From assembly GCA_002700865.1 (NCBI GenBank), contig PAFB01000149.1, positions 1 through 55,170 on the forward strand: DNA of 55,170 nucleotides. The letters run 5' to 3'. Each line of letters opens with the position of its first letter. Within the stretch, counting starts at the first letter, position 1. The notes under the pieces are model-generated. The model saw only the letters and a program-made list of their open reading frames with translations, did not search any database and was not told the origin of the DNA. A program made the position numbers and the translations under genes. This DNA comes from Rhodospirillaceae bacterium (lineage in GTDB: Bacteria; Pseudomonadota; Alphaproteobacteria; UBA7985). Of this stretch, positions 37,544 to 48,652 are shown one piece after another.

Positions 37544-38134
37544 TCAACGCCGGGAAAAGGCAATGGCATCCTCTAGCCGATCATCCCCCCAGAACAGCTC
37601 GTCACCAACCACGAACGAGGGCGCACCAAAAACGCCAGCGGCCTTGGCTGCTTCGGTATTCGCGCGGTAGCCAGCCTCGGCTTCCGGCGTGAGGGCGGCG
37701 GCTGTCACGTCGTCAAACGATCGGCCAAGACCCTGGCAGACCTGATGGATGTTTGCATCGCTACCGGCCTCTAACCCGTCGAGGAACCAGGCGCGATACG
37801 TGGCTTCGAAATAGTCGATGTACCAGCCCTGTTGCTCGGCGATAATGCCAACGTGGTTGGCGCGGTCAAAGTCCTGCAGCGGGTAGGGGGCGGGCACCTT
37901 CGGCGATGGCAAGCCGTAGCCCGCAGCCCGGCGTTCGATATCCCGCCACATGTAGCGGACCTTCGCCTCCTTTTCCGGCGGAAATGGAATGTTGTTCATC
38001 TCTCGCATGATGGCCCTGACACTGAACGGGCGGAATTCCACCGTGATACCTTCGCGATCGATCACGTCCCGCAGTCGAAGCGCGGTAAGAAATGTGTAGG
38101 TGCTGCCAATCGATAGGTAAGCGGTGATTTTCAC
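37544..38134 (-). CDS. HCCA isomerase / DsbA-like family protein (mirror copy)
   Basis: Exact mirror twin of 17037..17627(+). Confidence 0.75.
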   Translation of the reverse strand: MKITAYLSIGSTYTFLTALRLRDVIDREGITVEFRPFSVRAIMREMNNIPFPPEKEAKVRYMWRDIERRAAGYGLPSPKVPAPYPLQDFDRANHVGIIAEQQGWYIDYFEATYRAWFLDGLEAGSDANIHQVCQGLGRSFDDVTAAALTPEAEAGYRANTEAAKAAGVFGAPSFVVGDELFWGDDRLEDAIAFSRR

Positions 38135-38426
38135 AATGCGGCTCCACACTCATGCAAACATCAAAAGGCACTATACACTAATTCCCAAAGAGCACGCGAG
38201 GTTTCAGACGCATCCGGTGCTGAGCCGGACCGCAACGGAGCGGGTGGGTGTCATCGGATATTCCATGGGCGGCTATGGTGTTTTGGCGGCACAAGGTGGA
38301 TTGCTTGCACCCGCAGCGCTGGGGAACGTGCCAAAGAGGTCTTCGCCGAGGAGCTCAGCGCCTACACAACAGCCTCCGCAGAGGCTCACCCTGCCCGCAG
38401 GGCGCCGATCAAGACCTCGTGTCTGA
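38124..38426 (+). pseudogene. Possible alpha/beta-hydrolase remnant (mirror copy)
   Basis: Exact mirror of 16745..17047(-). Confidence 0.3.
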
Positions 38427-38475
38427 GCAAGGTGCAGCCTTGCCTCACCGTGTGAAGCGGCGGCATAAGCAATTC

Positions 38476-39165
38476 ATGATGAACTGCTTGCACTTTCTCC
38501 TGCTCCTGCCCGGCCTTCGTACTGTGCTCATGGCGCTGATGTCGTTGATCTTCGCTGGCCTGGCATTGGCCGAGACTCAGGCGTTAGATGCGTCGCCAAC
38601 GTCTATAGTCACGGAGCAGGCAGAAGCCCAGGGGGACGCGCTGTACGCGCTGCCTGATGGCTTTGTCGCCCGGAACCCTGATGGCGCGATCGTGGTCGAG
38701 GAATTCCTCGATTATTACTGTACCTTCTGCAAGGTATCGAGCCCCGAAGTCGACGCGCTCGCTGCCGAAGACACAGACATCCGATTGGTGATCCGCGAAC
38801 TGCCTATCCTGACGCCGCAGTCGCTGCCGCTGGCGCAGATCGCCCTCGCAGCATCGTATCAGGGTTTATATCTGGAGGTTCATAAGGCGATGATGACCGC
38901 GCGAACGGTGCCGTCGCCCGAGGCTGCACTGTCCATTGTCGCGTCACTGGGGGGCGACCCAGATCAGATTCTTATCGACATGCAGCGCCCTGAAATCGGT
39001 CTGCACATCCGTCACAATTTGCAGCGTGCACTCGCTGGCGGCATTCGATCCACGCCCGGTTTCATTGTACAAGGCCTCCCCTTCGCCGGCTACATCGGAA
39101 AGGACGCAATGGCGGAACTGTTTGAGATGCTCAAGGAACCCACGAGCGCTGAAACCAAAAACTGA
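38476..39165 (+). CDS. DsbA-family thiol:disulfide oxidoreductase (mirror copy)
   Basis: Exact mirror twin of 16006..16695(-). ATG at 38476. Confidence 0.7.
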   Translation: MMNCLHFLLLLPGLRTVLMALMSLIFAGLALAETQALDASPTSIVTEQAEAQGDALYALPDGFVARNPDGAIVVEEFLDYYCTFCKVSSPEVDALAAEDTDIRLVIRELPILTPQSLPLAQIALAASYQGLYLEVHKAMMTARTVPSPEAALSIVASLGGDPDQILIDMQRPEIGLHIRHNLQRALAGGIRSTPGFIVQGLPFAGYIGKDAMAELFEMLKEPTSAETKN

Positions 39166-39242
39166 GCTTGTAGACGACCCACAAACCGTCTCCCTGAGGA
39201 GGCTTTCGTCGTTCTCGTGGTCTCTGGGGTCTCCGGGTGAGG

Positions 39243-41066
39243 TCAGCTGTTTTCTTCGAGCACATCGGTGATCTCGAAACGAGTCACGTCCACCAGTCCC
39301 AAATCTGAAATTCTCAGCTCCGGAATCACAACCAACGCCAGCAAAGAGTGCTGCATGAAGGCGTTGTTGAGGCTGCAACCACAGGCCGCCATAGCGTCGA
39401 CCATAGCCTGCGCCTTTTCAGCAACCTCGTGCGCAGGCCGGTCGGACATCAGCCCCGCGATGGGCAGCTCGACCAGCGCGATTTCGGCGCCGTCTTTCCA
39501 CACCGTGACCCCGCCGCCGACCTCACCCAGCCGGTTCGCCGCCGCCGCCATCATGTCCCGGTCAGTGCCGACAACAATCATATGGTGGCTGTCGTGGGCG
39601 ACGGTCGACGCAATGGCCATGGAGCCCTGATAGCCGAAGCCGGAGACAAAGCCGTTGGTGAGCCCGCCAGTGGCGCGGTGGCGCTCGACCAGTGCGATCT
39701 GGCAGACCTCGCCGGTTGCCTGCACCCGACCCTCTGTGACGGGCAGTTCGAAGCTCAGCGCTCGTGTCGGTGCTTGATTTTCCACAACGCCAATTACCCG
39801 GGCGCGAACAGCATTGGCACCTGCGGGCGCGGCAATGCTGAAGTCTTTTGCTTGCAGGGTTTTGCCCAGTCGCACAGTCTCGCGTGCGCTTTGCGGCCAA
39901 TCGTAGTGAGGACAGTCGACGAGCCGCTGGCCATCTGTAGCGACCCGGACGCCGCGGGCAAAAACGGTCTCGATGGGCAGGCTGTACAAGTCGCTGCTCA
40001 GGATCATATCGGCACGGCGGCCGGGTGCAATGCTGCCTAGTTCTCGCTCTAGCCCGAAATGGCCGGCGGTGTTGATCGTTGCCATTTGGAGCGCCACCAG
40101 CGGGTCGCAACCGCAGTCGATCGCATGACGCACCACCCGGTTCATATGGCCGTCGTTGACCAGTGTGCCTGAATGGCAGTCGTCGGTGCACAGGATGAAA
40201 TTGCGCGGGTCCAGACCCTTTTCCGTGATCGCCGTGATCTGACTTTCGACATCGTACCAAGCCGAACCAAGCCGCAGCATGGCGCGCATCCCTTGCCGCA
40301 CACGAGCAATCGCGTCGGCCTCTGCCGTACCTTCGTGATCGTCGGCCGGGCCACCAGCGACATAGGCGTGGAAGGCCGTTCCCAAATCTGGCGAGGCGTA
40401 GTGCCCGCCGACGGTCTTACCCGCGCGCATAGTTTCAGCTATTTCCGCGAGCATTTTCGGATCGCCGTTGATAACGCCGGGGAAGTTCATCATCTCCCCC
40501 AACCCGATGATTCCAGGCCAGGCCATGGCCTCGACTACGTCGGCTGGGCTGATTTCAAATCCCGTCGTCTCTAGCCCCGGGGCTGAGGGCGCGCAGGACG
40601 GCATCTGAGTAAAAACGTTCATGGGCTGCATCAAGGCTTCGTCGTGCATCATCCTCACGCCTTCCAGTCCCAGAACGTTGGCAATCTCATGCGGGTCAGT
40701 AAAAATGGTCGTGGTTCCGTGCGGCATGACGGCTGCGCAGAACTCCGCCGGGGTCAACATGCCGCTTTCAATATGCATGTGCCCGTCACAAAAACCTGGG
40801 ATGATATAGCGTCCGTCGGCGTCGATCACCTCTGTCTCAGCACCGATGGTGTGCGCCGCGTCTAGGCCAACGTAGGCGAAGCGGCCAGCGGCAACCGCAA
40901 CCTCCCAGCCGTCGAGCACTTCGCGGCTCTGCACGTTGACCACCTTGCCACCACGGATAACGCAGTCTGCAGGTTGGCGTCCGGCGGCGACGGAGACGAG
41001 GCGAGAAGCGCTTTCGGCCCAAGTCGAGAAGGGTGCAGCCGCGGTCCCTGAGGTGAAGGTGGTCAT
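39243..41066 (-). CDS. ade: Adenine deaminase (mirror copy)
   Basis: Exact mirror twin of 14105..15928(+). Confidence 0.85.
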   Translation of the reverse strand: MTTFTSGTAAAPFSTWAESASRLVSVAAGRQPADCVIRGGKVVNVQSREVLDGWEVAVAAGRFAYVGLDAAHTIGAETEVIDADGRYIIPGFCDGHMHIESGMLTPAEFCAAVMPHGTTTIFTDPHEIANVLGLEGVRMMHDEALMQPMNVFTQMPSCAPSAPGLETTGFEISPADVVEAMAWPGIIGLGEMMNFPGVINGDPKMLAEIAETMRAGKTVGGHYASPDLGTAFHAYVAGGPADDHEGTAEADAIARVRQGMRAMLRLGSAWYDVESQITAITEKGLDPRNFILCTDDCHSGTLVNDGHMNRVVRHAIDCGCDPLVALQMATINTAGHFGLERELGSIAPGRRADMILSSDLYSLPIETVFARGVRVATDGQRLVDCPHYDWPQSARETVRLGKTLQAKDFSIAAPAGANAVRARVIGVVENQAPTRALSFELPVTEGRVQATGEVCQIALVERHRATGGLTNGFVSGFGYQGSMAIASTVAHDSHHMIVVGTDRDMMAAAANRLGEVGGGVTVWKDGAEIALVELPIAGLMSDRPAHEVAEKAQAMVDAMAACGCSLNNAFMQHSLLALVVIPELRISDLGLVDVTRFEITDVLEENS

Positions 41067-41326
41067 GCTTCGGGGTTCCCTGTTCCAGCGCGCCTCTACC
41101 GGGCGCGACCGCCAGCAGAATAGCCCTGCTCCACCTCCGCTGTCACGCCGCCGCCCAAGGCTACAACTTCGCCCAGGGTCATACGTGTCCGTACAGTTCG
41201 ATTGCAGCGATTCCGGCGGCGATCACCACCGCACCCACGAAGCAGCCATCAGCCGATGGTCTGACCGCGCTTGTTCATGCGTTGAACGGCCGGGCTCTGT
41301 TCGACATGCCCGCCGTCGCTGCCGTC

Positions 41327-42514
41327 CTAGTTATCGCCCTTGGCCTTGGCCTTACGCGGATCAAAGAAGGGTCGTTCGACCACCTCGGCGGGGCAGTCGC
41401 CCTGCGCGCGCTGGACCCGCAGTTTAGTGCCCAAACCGGCGTGATCGGTGCTAACGAAGGCCAGTGCGATGTTTTGCTCCAACCGCGGGGAATACACAGC
41501 CGACGTAACCCGCCCCACGGTCCCGCCCGTGGTCGCGGTGACAGTCCAGAATGTTGTGTTCGGTCCGGTCAGGGGTTCGGCGTCGAGACGGAGCCCCACC
41601 TGCACGCGATCAACCCCGGCGTCACGGATTTTCAACAACGCCTCACGACCGATGAAGTCATGGCCACCGTCGAGTTCAACCAGCCGGTCCAGTCCCAGCT
41701 CGAAGGGGTTGACCGTGATATCGGCGTCGGCCTGGTAGGACAGCATTCCGCCTTCGATCCGCCGGATGGACGACGTGTGCCCGGGCTGCAGGCCGAAGGG
41801 CTGGCCCGCGGCCATGATCGCTTCCCACAGGGCGTCCCCCTGCGCGCTGTCCTGAAGATAGATTTCGTAACCCAGCTCGCTCGACCAACCGGTGCGGGAA
41901 ACGACGACCGGAATGCCGTGAAGCTCCAATTCGCGCAGCCAGTAGTAGCGCAGGTCGCGGATGTCATCACCAAACAACGCAGCCATAATCTCTCCCGACT
42001 TCGGTCCCTGAAGTTGCAGGGGGGAGACGTCGGGCTCGTGGATATGGACGTCGAGGCCGCTGTTCACTGCCACCCCCTGCGCCCACAGCAGCACGTCGCT
42101 GTCGGCCAGTGACAGCCAGAATCGGTCCTCCGCCAGACGTAGCAGCACGGGGTCGTTGATCAGGCAGCCCGCGGCGTTGGTAATCAGCACGTACTTGCAC
42201 TGGCCCACAGCAAGTTTGGATAGATCACGCGGGGTCAGCCGCTGGACAAAGGCGGCGGCGTCTGGGCCGCTGATCTCTACCTGCCGCTCGACCGCTACGT
42301 CGCAGAGGATGGCGTCGTTTATCAGGTTCCAGAAATTCTGCTCCGGATCACCAAAATCACGCGGAATGTACATGTGATTATAGACGGAGAACCCTGTTGC
42401 GCCCCAGCGCACGGTCGCGTCGAAGTAGGGTGATTTGCGGATCTGGGTGCCAAAGCCAAAGTCCTTGGTAACGGTGCCAGAAGGCATGCCCGCGCGGGCA
42501 GCGGTGTCGGTCAT
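41327..42514 (-). CDS. dmdA: GcvT-family aminomethyltransferase, DmdA-like (mirror copy)
   Basis: Exact mirror twin of 12657..13844(+). Confidence 0.6.
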   Translation of the reverse strand: MTDTAARAGMPSGTVTKDFGFGTQIRKSPYFDATVRWGATGFSVYNHMYIPRDFGDPEQNFWNLINDAILCDVAVERQVEISGPDAAAFVQRLTPRDLSKLAVGQCKYVLITNAAGCLINDPVLLRLAEDRFWLSLADSDVLLWAQGVAVNSGLDVHIHEPDVSPLQLQGPKSGEIMAALFGDDIRDLRYYWLRELELHGIPVVVSRTGWSSELGYEIYLQDSAQGDALWEAIMAAGQPFGLQPGHTSSIRRIEGGMLSYQADADITVNPFELGLDRLVELDGGHDFIGREALLKIRDAGVDRVQVGLRLDAEPLTGPNTTFWTVTATTGGTVGRVTSAVYSPRLEQNIALAFVSTDHAGLGTKLRVQRAQGDCPAEVVERPFFDPRKAKAKGDN

Positions 42515-42649
42515 GAAAGGGGTTCCTGCGATCGGGGGGGAAGGGGGTCTTCAAACCTCCCCTGCCAAATATCCGGATTGAATGCGAAAGCAAGCGCAGA
42601 CAGGTCAGGTTTTTCACCATGACGGGCAAGGCCGCTATTGTGCCGACGA

Positions 42650-44230
42650 TTAGAACAAGCCTGCATAGTCTTCCCGCAGCGCTTTTTTCTTCACCTTGCC
42701 CATCGCGTTGCGGGGCAGGGCGTCGACCAGAACCACTTGCCGGGGTTGCTTGAACCGTGCCAACCGGTCGGCAAGGAAGGTGGCGACGCTTTCCGAGGAT
42801 ATCGCCCCCGCGCCCGCGCCCGAGGCACCGACCGCTTCACCACCTGCTTCCGGCACGATCACCGCTATGACGGCCTCGCCGAGGTCCGGGTGGGGCAGGC
42901 CAATGACGCAGCTCTCCCGCACTCCCGGTATTTGGTCTAATTGCTCCTCCACCTCTTTGGGGTAGACGTTGAAGCCGCCGCTGATGATCAAGTCCTTGGC
43001 GCGGCCGACGATGGTGATGCGTCCGTCTTCGGCCATGGTTGCCATATCGCCGGTGATGAAGTGGCCATCGGTGCGGAATTCTTCTGCCGTCTTCTCGGGC
43101 ATATTCCAGTAGCCAGCGAAGACGTTTGGGCCAGCGATTTCTAAAATACCGATTTCTCCTGCTGGCAGCGTCGCGCCGTCGCGGTCAGTGACCCGGGCAT
43201 GGATACCGGGCAGGGCGTAGCCCACTGTGCCGGCAATGCGTTCCCCGTCGTCATAGGGGTTGGAGGTGATCATCCCCGCCTCGGTCATGCCGTAGCGTTC
43301 GAGGATCGGCTGTCCGGTCAGGGCTTCGAACTGGTCGAAGGTCTCGGGCAGCAGTGGCGCGGAGCCGGAGATGAACACCCGCACGCCGTCGCTAACGCTG
43401 CGGTCGAATCCGGGCGTGTTCAACAGTCGGACATAGAAGGTTGGAACACCCATGAGCACGCTGGCTCCGGGCAACTCGGCCACCAGTCGCGCGGGGTCGA
43501 AGGCGTCGAGAAAGATGACTTCCGAGCCGTTGAGCAGGGCGCAGTGCAGCGCAACGAAGAGGCCGTGGACATGAAATACGGGCAGGGCGTGGAGCAATAC
43601 GTCTCCCGGCACCCAACCCCAGTATTCGTGCAGCACAAGCCCGTTCGAGATCAGGTTGCCGTGGGTGATCATCGCACCCTTTGATCGCCCTGTGGTGCCC
43701 GAGGTGTAAAGGATCGCTGCGAGGTCATCGCGTTCGCGGTGAATGATGTCGTCGGAAGGTGGCAAGGCCGCTGCGGCTTCGGGCAGGCTACCGCTTCCAT
43801 CCATGCCCAGCGTCAGGCAATGGCCAATGCCAGCCTCCCCTGCCAATGCGGCGAGGTCATGGGTGGCGTCCGCGTCAGGGTCGCAGACCAGCACTTGCGG
43901 TTTGGCATCATCGAGGAAGTAAGCCAATTCAGTCGGAGTGTAGGCCGGGTTGAGTGGAACGAACACCGCACCAACGCGCAGACAGGCGAGGTAGAGCAGC
44001 ACGAATTCCATCGATTTACCGACCTGGACAACCACCCGATCACCGGGTGAGACCCCGCAGGCGGCCAGCGCGGCGGCGTATTGCCCGGTTTCCCCATCTA
44101 GGTCGCCGTAGGCAAGGCTACCCCGATCCGCGCGCAGGAACAGGGCAGACGGGTCAGTGGGGCGCCTGTCTCGGAAGCAGGTGTAGAGATTCTGGTCGAG
44201 CATGGCGGATCCGGCGCTGTGGTTGCTCAA
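42650..44230 (-). CDS. MatB-like AMP-dependent acyl-CoA synthetase (mirror copy)
   Basis: Exact mirror twin of 10941..12521(+). Confidence 0.75.
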   Translation of the reverse strand: MSNHSAGSAMLDQNLYTCFRDRRPTDPSALFLRADRGSLAYGDLDGETGQYAAALAACGVSPGDRVVVQVGKSMEFVLLYLACLRVGAVFVPLNPAYTPTELAYFLDDAKPQVLVCDPDADATHDLAALAGEAGIGHCLTLGMDGSGSLPEAAAALPPSDDIIHRERDDLAAILYTSGTTGRSKGAMITHGNLISNGLVLHEYWGWVPGDVLLHALPVFHVHGLFVALHCALLNGSEVIFLDAFDPARLVAELPGASVLMGVPTFYVRLLNTPGFDRSVSDGVRVFISGSAPLLPETFDQFEALTGQPILERYGMTEAGMITSNPYDDGERIAGTVGYALPGIHARVTDRDGATLPAGEIGILEIAGPNVFAGYWNMPEKTAEEFRTDGHFITGDMATMAEDGRITIVGRAKDLIISGGFNVYPKEVEEQLDQIPGVRESCVIGLPHPDLGEAVIAVIVPEAGGEAVGASGAGAGAISSESVATFLADRLARFKQPRQVVLVDALPRNAMGKVKKKALREDYAGLF

Positions 44231-44263
44231 TCACCCTCCCCGCGCGCGGCGGCGGCGTCAAGC

Positions 44264-45571
44264 TTAGTCCTGTCCCGGGCTATTGTCGTCTCGGCGTCGC
44301 GCGCCGAGCCGTACCTGTCGGATCAGCAGCGCCACCACGCCGACAACCGGCAGCACCAGCCCGGCGGTCAGTTCCGCTTTGGAGAAGCCGGCGGCGTCGG
44401 CCAGCGGATACAGCAGCCCGGAGAGCAGGTTAACGGCGTAGTAGCTGATCGCGATCACCGATAGGCCCTCGACCGTGCGCTGCAGCCGCAGCTGCAGCCC
44501 CGTGCGCCGGTCCATGCTGGTCAGCAGCGACTGGTTCTGCGCTGAGCGCGAGACGTCGACACGGGTGCGCAGCAGCTCGGCCGTCCGGGTCGTTCGGTCG
44601 AGCTGGCTGTTGAGCCGGTCCTGAGTCGAGCTGACGGTCCGGATCGCCGGGTCAAAGCGGCGCATCATGAACTCGTGGAAGGTCTGTAGCCCCTCGAACC
44701 GCTGCTCTCGCAGCAGCTCGATCCGGTCGTGGACGATGGCGTTGTAGGCCTCAGTCGCGCCGAAGCGGAAAGTCATCAGCGCCGCCTGCTCCTCCAGCGT
44801 CGACGAGATGTCGAGAAGGTTGAACAGCAGACCTTCGGCGTTCGCGTCGGCCTTGGCCATGGTCAGCACGATGTCTTCGAGCCGCTGGTCGAAGTCGGTC
44901 AATGCCTTGGCCAACTTGCGCGCTCGGTGCAGGCCGAGCATGGCCATGGCGCGGTAGGTCTCGATCTCCAGCACCGACTGCACCACCTGCCCGACGCGGG
45001 CCGGGCTGGTGTCGGTCGCAACGAACAGGGCGAAGCGCATGTGGCCATGCTCGTCGAGTTGGAAATCCCCGGCAAGCACGCCACTGCCGTCGAGTATGCG
45101 GGCGGCGGCGAGGCTTTTTGGGTTGAACCACTGGGACAGGCGCGTCGCCATGGTTGCCGGGTCTTCGGGGACGGGTTCGACGCGGATGGAAACCTGCACC
45201 AGCGCCGGGGAAGTCAGGCTCTGTGCCCAGCCTTCGAGGGTGGCGCGGGAGTCATCAAAGTCGAAGGCCTCAGCCGCTGTGTCCTCGCGGAACAGCGCGA
45301 GGCTGGTGAACTCCGAATGCTGCTCCCATTTCAGCCGGTCGCAGGCCGCTACGCGGTCGAGGAAGTGGTTGGTGCCGACCTTCTCGGCGTCGAGCCCGGC
45401 GGTGCTCAGCCGATCGATGAGCCGGTCGCGTTCCGCAGCCCGGTCGCGCCCGACCGCATTCTCCGGGTGCTTGCAGGCGAGAAAAACCACGTCACAGGGG
45501 GCGCTGACCTCGGCAAAGGGGCGCGCGTGGAGTTCGTCGATCAAGTCGCGGCGGCGCGGATGCTCCTGCAT
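44264..45571 (-). CDS. DUF3422-family protein (mirror copy)
   Basis: Exact mirror twin of 9600..10907(+). Confidence 0.7.
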   Translation of the reverse strand: MQEHPRRRDLIDELHARPFAEVSAPCDVVFLACKHPENAVGRDRAAERDRLIDRLSTAGLDAEKVGTNHFLDRVAACDRLKWEQHSEFTSLALFREDTAAEAFDFDDSRATLEGWAQSLTSPALVQVSIRVEPVPEDPATMATRLSQWFNPKSLAAARILDGSGVLAGDFQLDEHGHMRFALFVATDTSPARVGQVVQSVLEIETYRAMAMLGLHRARKLAKALTDFDQRLEDIVLTMAKADANAEGLLFNLLDISSTLEEQAALMTFRFGATEAYNAIVHDRIELLREQRFEGLQTFHEFMMRRFDPAIRTVSSTQDRLNSQLDRTTRTAELLRTRVDVSRSAQNQSLLTSMDRRTGLQLRLQRTVEGLSVIAISYYAVNLLSGLLYPLADAAGFSKAELTAGLVLPVVGVVALLIRQVRLGARRRDDNSPGQD

Positions 45572-45713
45572 GGCGCAGTCTCCGGAAAAAAGCTTAATAG
45601 ATCGGTGATTTAGGCCGTTTGTCCCAAAAGTCCCGCAAGGGTGCCTGTCACCCTGGCGCGGCTGCGGTGACTTTGCGCTTGCTGTGCGCGGCAAAGGCGC
45701 AGCAAATGGCATT

Positions 45714-46310
45714 ATGATTAGCTTCGGCCTCGCCGCATTTTTCCTCGTCCTCACCCCTGGACCGGCCGTCCTGACGGTGGCGGGCTTTGGCGCGTCCTAC
45801 GGTTTCCGGCGCTCGGTGGTGTTTGTGCTTGGGATCATGCTGGGGGCCAACATCGTCATGCTGGCAGTGATGAGTGGCCTGGCCGCCGTGCTGCTGTCGG
45901 CGCCGGGGCTGCGGCTTGCACTGCTGGCAGGGTCGACGGCCTTCTTGTTCTATCTCGCTGTACGGATCGCCTTCGCTGGCTCGCGCATCGCTTTTATAGA
46001 AGCGCGGCACCCGCCCGGCGTTCTAAGCGCAGTCGTGCTCCAGGTGCTCAACCCTAAGGCCTACGCGGTCAATACCGCACTCTTCACTGGCTTCAGCTTT
46101 GCGCCTGAAGCCCTTTGGTTTGAGATCGGGGCCAAGCTGGTGATCGCCAACTTGGTTTGGTTTCCGTTACACTTCCTTTGGCTCTGGGCCGGCGTTCGGC
46201 TTCACGCTCTTGACCTGTCCCAGCGTCTTCAGCGGTTGATTAACCTCGGGATGGCGGCGGCGTTGGCAGGGGTCGCTGTGCTCTCCGCGGTGACGCTGCT
46301 TTTCGCCTGA
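45714..46310 (+). CDS. LysE/RhtB-family exporter (mirror copy)
   Basis: Exact mirror twin of 8861..9457(-). ATG at 45714. Confidence 0.8.
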   Translation: MISFGLAAFFLVLTPGPAVLTVAGFGASYGFRRSVVFVLGIMLGANIVMLAVMSGLAAVLLSAPGLRLALLAGSTAFLFYLAVRIAFAGSRIAFIEARHPPGVLSAVVLQVLNPKAYAVNTALFTGFSFAPEALWFEIGAKLVIANLVWFPLHFLWLWAGVRLHALDLSQRLQRLINLGMAAALAGVAVLSAVTLLFA

Positions 46311-46435
46311 CGGTTGTCAACGTGTCGCGGTTTAAGGGTGCAAAGGTGTCGCATCGGTGACGCAAATTGGAAGATCTCTCGACCGGGAATGCTATCTGGG
46401 TGTTTGATAGGTTATTGTAGTGGAGGATACGCAGG

Positions 46436-47815
46436 ATGGATGGCGAGTTTTACAGCAACACCCGCAAGGTCATGCCTTTTGGAAGCTCAAAGGCCGAAGC
46501 TGCCCCTTCGGTGCGGATCGACCGTGCGCGTGGCGATACCTTAGACGATGGCAGCCCGAACAACGGCAACCGCATTGAAATCGGACCGACTGACCTGGCT
46601 TGGCAGGAATGGCACGCGGCGGGGCTGCAAGCGCCGGACCTGCAGGCTATGCGGGCCTACCGGCTCGACCGAATCGTCAAAGCCCTGCACGAACGTGATT
46701 GGGGCGGCGTGCTGCTATTCGACCCGCTGAACATCCGCTACGCCAGCGACAGCACCAGCATGCAGTTGTGGAACACCCACAATCCCTTCCGCGCCTGTTT
46801 GGTGACAGCGGACGGGCACCTCGTGGTCTGGGACTACAAAAACAGCCCCTTCCTGTGTGACTTCAACCCGCTGGTCCAGGAGGTCCGGAGCGGAGCAAGC
46901 ATGTTCTACTTTACCAGCGGCGACCGAACCCAGCAGGCTGCAGACGCCTTCGCACAGCAAGTCATCGACCTGATGGCCGAGCACGCCGGGGGGAATATGC
47001 GGCTGGGCGTGGACAAGATCATGCTCGATGGTTTTTATGCGCTGCGCGACGCAGGCTTCGCCGTCATGCGCGGTGAGGAGGCGATGGAGAAGGCCCGCAG
47101 CGTCAAGAGCATCGATGAACAGCTGGCCATGAAGTGCGCGAGCTGGTCCTGTGAGCAATCAGTTTACGAGATGCAGGCAGCAGTTCAACCGGGCATGACC
47201 GAGGACGAAATCTGGTCCGTTCTGCACGCCGGCAACATCAAGCGTGGCGGCGAGTGGATTGAAACCCGCTTGCTGGCGTCCGGCCCGCGAACCAACCCGT
47301 GGTTTCAGGAGTGTGGCCCGCGAAAGCTGCAGAACAACGAAATCCTTGCCTTCGATACCGATCTCGTCGGCATATACGGCTTCTGCATCGACATTTCCCG
47401 CACCTGGTGGATTGGTGACGAGGCACCGCGCGCAGACATGATCGAGGCTTACAAGCACGCGGTCGAGCACATGCGCACCAACGAGCAGCTGGTGAAACCA
47501 GGCACGACGATGAAGGAGCTCACCTTTGGCGGTCACCAGCTAGATCCCAAATACGTGGCACGGCAGTATAGCTGCCGCTTCCATGGCGTTGGTCTGTGCG
47601 ATGAGTGGCCCTGCATCCCCTACAAGGAAGAATTCCAGGAAGGCGCCAACGATTATGAATTGGAGCCGGGTATGTGCTTATGCGTGGAGGCGCTGGTTGG
47701 TGAGGAAGACGGCGATTTCTGCATCAAGCTTGAAGACCAGCTTATTGTAACGGAAACCGGCTTTGAGAATATCACCCGGTTTCCCTACGACGCTCGTTTG
47801 ATGGGCGAAGCCTAA
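46436..47815 (+). CDS. dddP: DMSP lyase DddP (mirror copy)
   Basis: Exact mirror twin of 7356..8735(-), with an identical 459-aa translation. Confidence 0.8.
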   Translation: MDGEFYSNTRKVMPFGSSKAEAAPSVRIDRARGDTLDDGSPNNGNRIEIGPTDLAWQEWHAAGLQAPDLQAMRAYRLDRIVKALHERDWGGVLLFDPLNIRYASDSTSMQLWNTHNPFRACLVTADGHLVVWDYKNSPFLCDFNPLVQEVRSGASMFYFTSGDRTQQAADAFAQQVIDLMAEHAGGNMRLGVDKIMLDGFYALRDAGFAVMRGEEAMEKARSVKSIDEQLAMKCASWSCEQSVYEMQAAVQPGMTEDEIWSVLHAGNIKRGGEWIETRLLASGPRTNPWFQECGPRKLQNNEILAFDTDLVGIYGFCIDISRTWWIGDEAPRADMIEAYKHAVEHMRTNEQLVKPGTTMKELTFGGHQLDPKYVARQYSCRFHGVGLCDEWPCIPYKEEFQEGANDYELEPGMCLCVEALVGEEDGDFCIKLEDQLIVTETGFENITRFPYDARLMGEA

Positions 47816-47858
47816 GCGGCGGTATGAGACGGAGTTATCGCACATCTAGCGGTCACCG

Positions 47859-48578
47859 ATGGTGACCGGTCGATTTGAGCGTGTGCGGGCGGTGGTCGAG
47901 GCTATCGCTGGCATGCTTCGTACCGCTGCTGCTGAGCCCGGGGACACTGCCTTGGCGGCGCAGCGCACGCTAGACCGTTTGCAGACGACAGCGCTCAGCC
48001 GCGATGCTTTCACCGATCGTCCGCCCCGCTCCGCCGACCGTCATCAACCCTTATTGACCCAGGCTGTTGACCAGATGCAGTCACCGCTGCTCCTGCCCTT
48101 ACAACGGGCTCTGAGGGCAGCGATCGATGATTTGGTCTGGGCCGAGGACCAGATGAAATATTACGCTGCGGACGCTGATGTCGGCTTGGGTTATCGAAAT
48201 GGTAATCTGCATACGTTGCTGATCGGTCCCGGCGCCTGTGGCTTCGAGCACGCAGATTTTACGCTTGGGTTCTTCCTGCTCCACCCGCATACGCTTTACC
48301 GCGACCATGCTCATCCGGCGCCGGAGACTTACTTAAACCTCTCATCACGGTCTGGCTGGCGCTTTGGCCAGAGTGGCTGGCGTGATCTTGGTCCAGGCAG
48401 CCTCGTCTACAATCCGTCGATGGCCCCCCATGCAACGCGCTCCTACGAACAGCCGTTTTTTTCGGTGTTTTCGTGGCTCGAAGACATCGCCCAACCCTGC
48501 GTGGTGCTGCCACGCGATGACTGGACCGAGATCGAAGCTGATCTGGAGGCCATGAAGGGGCATGGCATCACAGGTTAA
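47859..48578 (+). CDS. Cupin-fold DddL-like protein (mirror copy)
   Basis: Exact mirror twin of 6593..7312(-). Confidence 0.55.
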   Translation: MVTGRFERVRAVVEAIAGMLRTAAAEPGDTALAAQRTLDRLQTTALSRDAFTDRPPRSADRHQPLLTQAVDQMQSPLLLPLQRALRAAIDDLVWAEDQMKYYAADADVGLGYRNGNLHTLLIGPGACGFEHADFTLGFFLLHPHTLYRDHAHPAPETYLNLSSRSGWRFGQSGWRDLGPGSLVYNPSMAPHATRSYEQPFFSVFSWLEDIAQPCVVLPRDDWTEIEADLEAMKGHGITG

Positions 48579-48652
48579 GCGCTGCTGATACTGAACAGTG
48601 CCGCCGTGGGTACGCGCTTCGAGCGCCGTGTCACGTGCCTGAGCGTGTCGAC